64,000 nucleotides of DNA from Candidatus Latescibacterota bacterium (GTDB lineage: Bacteria; Latescibacterota; UBA2968; UBA8231). Of this stretch, positions 60,606-64,000 are shown in pieces (within the stretch, counting starts at the first letter, position 1; each line of letters opens with the position of its first letter). The position numbers and the translations under genes were made by a program. Location: positions 4,512,001-4,576,000 of the forward strand of contig CBDETK010000013.1 of assembly GCA_965242865.1 (NCBI GenBank), in the 5' to 3' direction. The notes under the pieces were generated by a model, which worked only from the letters and a program-made list of their open reading frames with translations, was not told the origin of the DNA and made no database searches.

Positions 60606-61366
60606 TCGGGGGACTGACGGGGGCGGCGGTTGATCTGGGCGGCCGCGTACCCCGCGCCAAAGCCGTTGTCGATATTGACGACGACCACGCCGGCGGCACA
60701 GGAATTGAGCATGGTCAAGACCGCGGCGAGGCCGTGAAAACTCGCGCCGTACCCCACGCTCGTCGGCACGGCCACGACCGGAACATCCACCAACCCGCCG
60801 ACGACGCTGGCGAGTGCGCCCTCCATCCCGGCCGCGACGACGATGGCCCGCGCCCGCTGCAAGAGCGCGCGGTAGGCCAAGAGCCGGTGCAGGCCGGCGA
60901 CGCCGACATCGCACACCTCCTCGACCCGCGCTCCCATAGCGCGGGCCGTGACGATGGCTTCGCGGGCTACGGGCAAGTCCGAGGTGCCGGCCGCGACGAC
61001 AGCCACTAGGCCCTCGGGCGCGGCCCGTTTGGCCCCCGGTACTAGGACCGTGCGGGCGAGGGGGTCGTGCTCGGCGCGGTCGAAGCGCTCGACGAGTGCT
61101 TGGGCCGTGGCCGCTTCGACGCGGGTGACCAGCACCTGGGCGCCGTGGGCGGTGATGCGCTCGGCAATGGCCAGCACCTGCTCGCAGGTCTTGCCTTGGC
61201 CGAAAATGACTTCTGGGAACCCGGTGCGCAGGGCGCGGTGATGATCGACGTGGGCAAACCCGAGGTTTTCAAAAGGCAGGTTCCTAAGCCGCTCTAAGGC
61301 TTGGCTCGGATCGAGGACGCCGGTGGCGACTTGGTCTAGCAGGTGGCGGAGTTGGTCTTGGTCCAT
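60602..61366 (-). CDS. larB: Nickel pincer cofactor biosynthesis protein LarB (PurE-like)
   Basis: DHHRALRTGFPEVIFG.GKT, AGTSDLPVA.EA, DVGVAGLHRL, AGMEGAL.S, VPTSVGYG, VNIDNGFGA. Confidence 0.93.
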   Translation of the reverse strand: MDQDQLRHLLDQVATGVLDPSQALERLRNLPFENLGFAHVDHHRALRTGFPEVIFGQGKTCEQVLAIAERITAHGAQVLVTRVEAATAQALVERFDRAEHDPLARTVLVPGAKRAAPEGLVAVVAAGTSDLPVAREAIVTARAMGARVEEVCDVGVAGLHRLLAYRALLQRARAIVVAAGMEGALASVVGGLVDVPVVAVPTSVGYGASFHGLAAVLTMLNSCAAGVVVVNIDNGFGAGYAAAQINRRPRQSPE

Positions 61367-61382
61367 GGCGGGGGAATGCGGG

Positions 61383-62762
61383 TCAACGGCAGCAGCGGAA
61401 GCCGAGGAGGGGCTGCTCGTAGGTTTGCCAAGGCGAGCCATCGACGACTTCCGCTAAGGCTTCTATATCGTATGGGTCGCGGCCCTCTAGGGACAAGGTG
61501 CCCGCCAAGGTCGCGCTGTCGCAAGCACCGCTTAGAGATACGTTGCTTGCTGCGATGTACACCGCTAGATCGCCGCCGGCGTCGACCGCGGCGAGCCACT
61601 CGTCCATGTTGCCCGTCAGGTCAAAGATGCCGGTTGAGCCGCCGCAGTTGGGAAACGAGCCAGAGGGCGCGAGCTGATCGGCTGGGTCGCTGCTGAGGCG
61701 AGAAAAGGCCGACCCCGGCACATTGCAGAAGCGCACGCCAAAGTGGTCGCGGCCGTCGTAGGCCGCCCCATCGTCGGTCGAAGAAAAACGCCGCAGTTGG
61801 CCGGCTTGACACGCTGCGCGCCACTCGCTCGGCTCGCACAGGCGTTTGCCGACGGCCGCGCACTGGCGCGCCGCGTGGAAAAACGAAGCGGACTGCGGCC
61901 GCTCGCCCTGGGCGTTGGGGTACTCGTACGCGTCGATTTCGTAGGCTTGGCCGGTGGTTGGCCGGCTCAGGCGCACCATGCCGCCGGCCGGTAGCGGCGG
62001 CTCGGTCACTTGGAGGGTGATTTCGCGCTCCGCGCTGGCCGCGCCGTCGCTGGCGGAAACGCGCAGTTGGTGGCGGCCGGGAAAAAAGGCGACCACTGCG
62101 GCGCGCGAGCCAATGGGCCGGCCGGTTTCCTCGTCGCGGAGGGCCGTGGGCCAAATGCCGAGGCTGTCCTCGTTGACCGGCGTCCAGTGGTATTCGAGCG
62201 GATCGCCGTCGGGGTCGGTACCATAAGCGTCGATAAATAGGTGCGGTGCGCTAAACGCGCCGGTCGCGTCGGCCCGGACTTCCAGCAGCGGGGCGCGCTG
62301 CACGACCTCCACGATAAAGTTTTCCACCAGCACCCGGGCGTCTTCGGCGCAGCGCTGGCGGTCGGCCAGATCGGGGACGACCTGACAGTTGCGGTCGGTT
62401 ATGAGGACCTGCACGACAAATTGCTCGCTGGAGCCGTCGATGGTTTGGGGGGCGAACCAAGAATTGGTCTCTTGGGCCTGCGAATCGCGGAAGCGGCCTC
62501 CGGCCGGGGCCTTCCACTCGTAGAACACGGGATCGTCGTCTTCGTCGGCTGCGCGGATTTCAACGCGAATCTCGCCGCCGCGCGAGACCCGGCAGACCGC
62601 GCCCGCGCTGTTGATCAGGGTGTCTGAGGACGTGTGGCCCGGCGGCTGGCAGGTCATGCGCGCCAGATGTACGGTCGGGGGATCGTTGGGGAGCTCGTCG
62701 TGGAGCACGCTGCAGGCGCCGAGGGCGAGCAGTGGGGCCGAGCGGCACCAGCCGAGGTTCAT
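61383..62762 (-). CDS. Lipoprotein with Ig/PKD-like repeats and C-terminal FGE-sulfatase-like domain
   Basis: Lipobox LGAC; D.D.DP..Y.W repeats; EIDAYEYPN, C...GKRLC...EW..AC, G.FDLTGNMDEW, GFRCC. Confidence 0.75.
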   Translation of the reverse strand: MNLGWCRSAPLLALGACSVLHDELPNDPPTVHLARMTCQPPGHTSSDTLINSAGAVCRVSRGGEIRVEIRAADEDDDPVFYEWKAPAGGRFRDSQAQETNSWFAPQTIDGSSEQFVVQVLITDRNCQVVPDLADRQRCAEDARVLVENFIVEVVQRAPLLEVRADATGAFSAPHLFIDAYGTDPDGDPLEYHWTPVNEDSLGIWPTALRDEETGRPIGSRAAVVAFFPGRHQLRVSASDGAASAEREITLQVTEPPLPAGGMVRLSRPTTGQAYEIDAYEYPNAQGERPQSASFFHAARQCAAVGKRLCEPSEWRAACQAGQLRRFSSTDDGAAYDGRDHFGVRFCNVPGSAFSRLSSDPADQLAPSGSFPNCGGSTGIFDLTGNMDEWLAAVDAGGDLAVYIAASNVSLSGACDSATLAGTLSLEGRDPYDIEALAEVVDGSPWQTYEQPLLGFRCCR

Positions 62763-63628
62763 TCGCTGTCGAGCAGGTCGAGTAAGCGCTCTAGATCGCC
62801 GTCGTTGTAAAATTCGACCTGAATCCACCCCTTGTTTGCCTTGCGGTGGATGTTGACTGCCGTGCCGAAGCGGTGCTGCAACCGCTCCTCATAGTCGCGG
62901 AGGTGGGGATCGCTGGGGATTTCTTGGGGCGACTTCTTTTTTTTGCGCCCTACGCGCTGATGGGCGACCGCCTTTTCGACCTCGCGGACCGCCATTTTCT
63001 CCTCGACCGCTTGGCGGGCCAGCGCGAGCCGGTCTTCGTCTTCTTCGAGGCCGAGCAGGGCGCGGGCGTGCCCCATCTGCAATTGGCCACGGCGCAAGAA
63101 GTCTTGGACTTCGTGCGGCAGTTGCAACAGCCTGAGAAGATTGGTGACGGTCGAGCGATTTTTGCCCACTTTGCGAGCGACTTCCTCTTGGGTGAGAAAG
63201 CACTTGTCGGTCAGGGAGCGGTAGCCTTCGGCCTCTTCGATGGGGGTTAGGTTTTCGCGCTGGATGTTCTCGATCAGCGACAGCTCCATCAAATCTTGCT
63301 GGGACTCGATTTCGTGGACGATCGCCGGTATTTGTTGAATCCCCGCCTTTTTGACGGCCCGCCAGCGGCGCTCGCCAGCGATGATTTGGTAGGTCTGGCC
63401 GATGCGGTTGACGGCGATGGGCTGGATGACGCCTTTTTCTTGGATGGAGGATATCAGCTCGTTGAGGCGCTCCTCGTCGAACTCGGTGCGGGCTTGATGG
63501 GGATTGGGTTCAATCTCATCGACGTTGAGATAAACGACTTGGCGCGTAGCGTCGCCTTGGCCGCTAGGTTCGGCGTATTCCGGGATGAGGGCACTGATGC
63601 CCTTGCCGAGAACCGGCTTCTTACCCAT
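62759..63628 (-). CDS. parB: ParB/Spo0J partition protein
   Basis: [48 protein letters not shown]. Confidence 0.96.
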   Translation of the reverse strand: MGKKPVLGKGISALIPEYAEPSGQGDATRQVVYLNVDEIEPNPHQARTEFDEERLNELISSIQEKGVIQPIAVNRIGQTYQIIAGERRWRAVKKAGIQQIPAIVHEIESQQDLMELSLIENIQRENLTPIEEAEGYRSLTDKCFLTQEEVARKVGKNRSTVTNLLRLLQLPHEVQDFLRRGQLQMGHARALLGLEEDEDRLALARQAVEEKMAVREVEKAVAHQRVGRKKKKSPQEIPSDPHLRDYEERLQHRFGTAVNIHRKANKGWIQVEFYNDGDLERLLDLLDSE

Positions 63629-64000
63629 GGTCGATTACTTCTCCTGCAAGGCTCATATAATCCTGAGATCCCTGCGACAAAATGTCGTAGAGTACGATGG
63701 GTTGACCGTGGCTAGGGGCCTCGGCCAACCGCACGTTGCGGCTGATGGAGGTCTTGTAAACCTTGTTGCCGAAATAGGACTTGACCTCTGAAGACACTTG
63801 GCGCGATAGGTTCAAGCGCCCGTCGAACATGGTGAGCAGGACGCCGGCGATCTGGAGCTTGGGGTTGAGGTGGCGTTGGATCTGGCGCACGGTGTTGAGC
63901 AGCCGGCCGAGGCCCTCTAGCGCATAGTACTCGCACTGAATGGGGATCATCACGGAGTCGGCGGCCGTCAGGGCGTTGATGGTCAGCAGGCCCAAAGAGG
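63621..64000 (-). CDS. parA: ParA/Soj ATPase, C-terminal part (truncated by window edge)
   Basis: [46 protein letters not shown]. Confidence 0.96.
   Translation of the reverse strand, partial: SLGLLTINALTAADSVMIPIQCEYYALEGLGRLLNTVRQIQRHLNPKLQIAGVLLTMFDGRLNLSRQVSSEVKSYFGNKVYKTSISRNVRLAEAPSHGQPIVLYDILSQGSQDYMSLAGEVIDHG

Noticed and set aside
62759-64000. parS site or replication origin near parAB
   Set aside because: I did not see a GTTTCACGTGAAAC-like palindrome or a DnaA-box cluster in the window.

Overview
GC-rich bacterial chromosomal window, mostly ordinary housekeeping and metabolic genes: sulfatase end, MFS transporter, rnd, ino1, dusB, uppS-cdsA-rseP-queG, ftsY, a TonB-dependent receptor, fhs, a sugar ABC transporter with galM, lpdA, rnhA, cyoE, mobA, larB and parAB. 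The outstanding feature is a ~19 kb accessory locus (39870-58547). A sensor kinase and a sigma54 enhancer-binding regulator sit directly upstream of four near-identical sigma54 promoters, each with a paired palindromic enhancer. These promoters head repeated cassettes containing: (i) two short Sec-type secreted six-cysteine peptides with near-identical signal peptides but divergent cores; (ii) six intact paralogs plus relics of a secreted ~265-296 aa protein family I do not recognise; (iii) three ABC-2-type permeases without an ATPase, two of them near-duplicates whose differences concentrate in two extracytoplasmic segments; (iv) a CGC-motif DUF1573-like protein and a TPR protein; (v) a conserved MKHIV leader uORF plus hairpin. 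Deletion scars indicate birth-and-death turnover of cassettes. Other notable items are a decaying AT-richer two-ATPase island, two orphan antitoxins (one with a hicA-like stub), a Kv-like channel with an atypical filter, and several REP-like repeats. All product calls come from motif recognition by eye, with no database searches.
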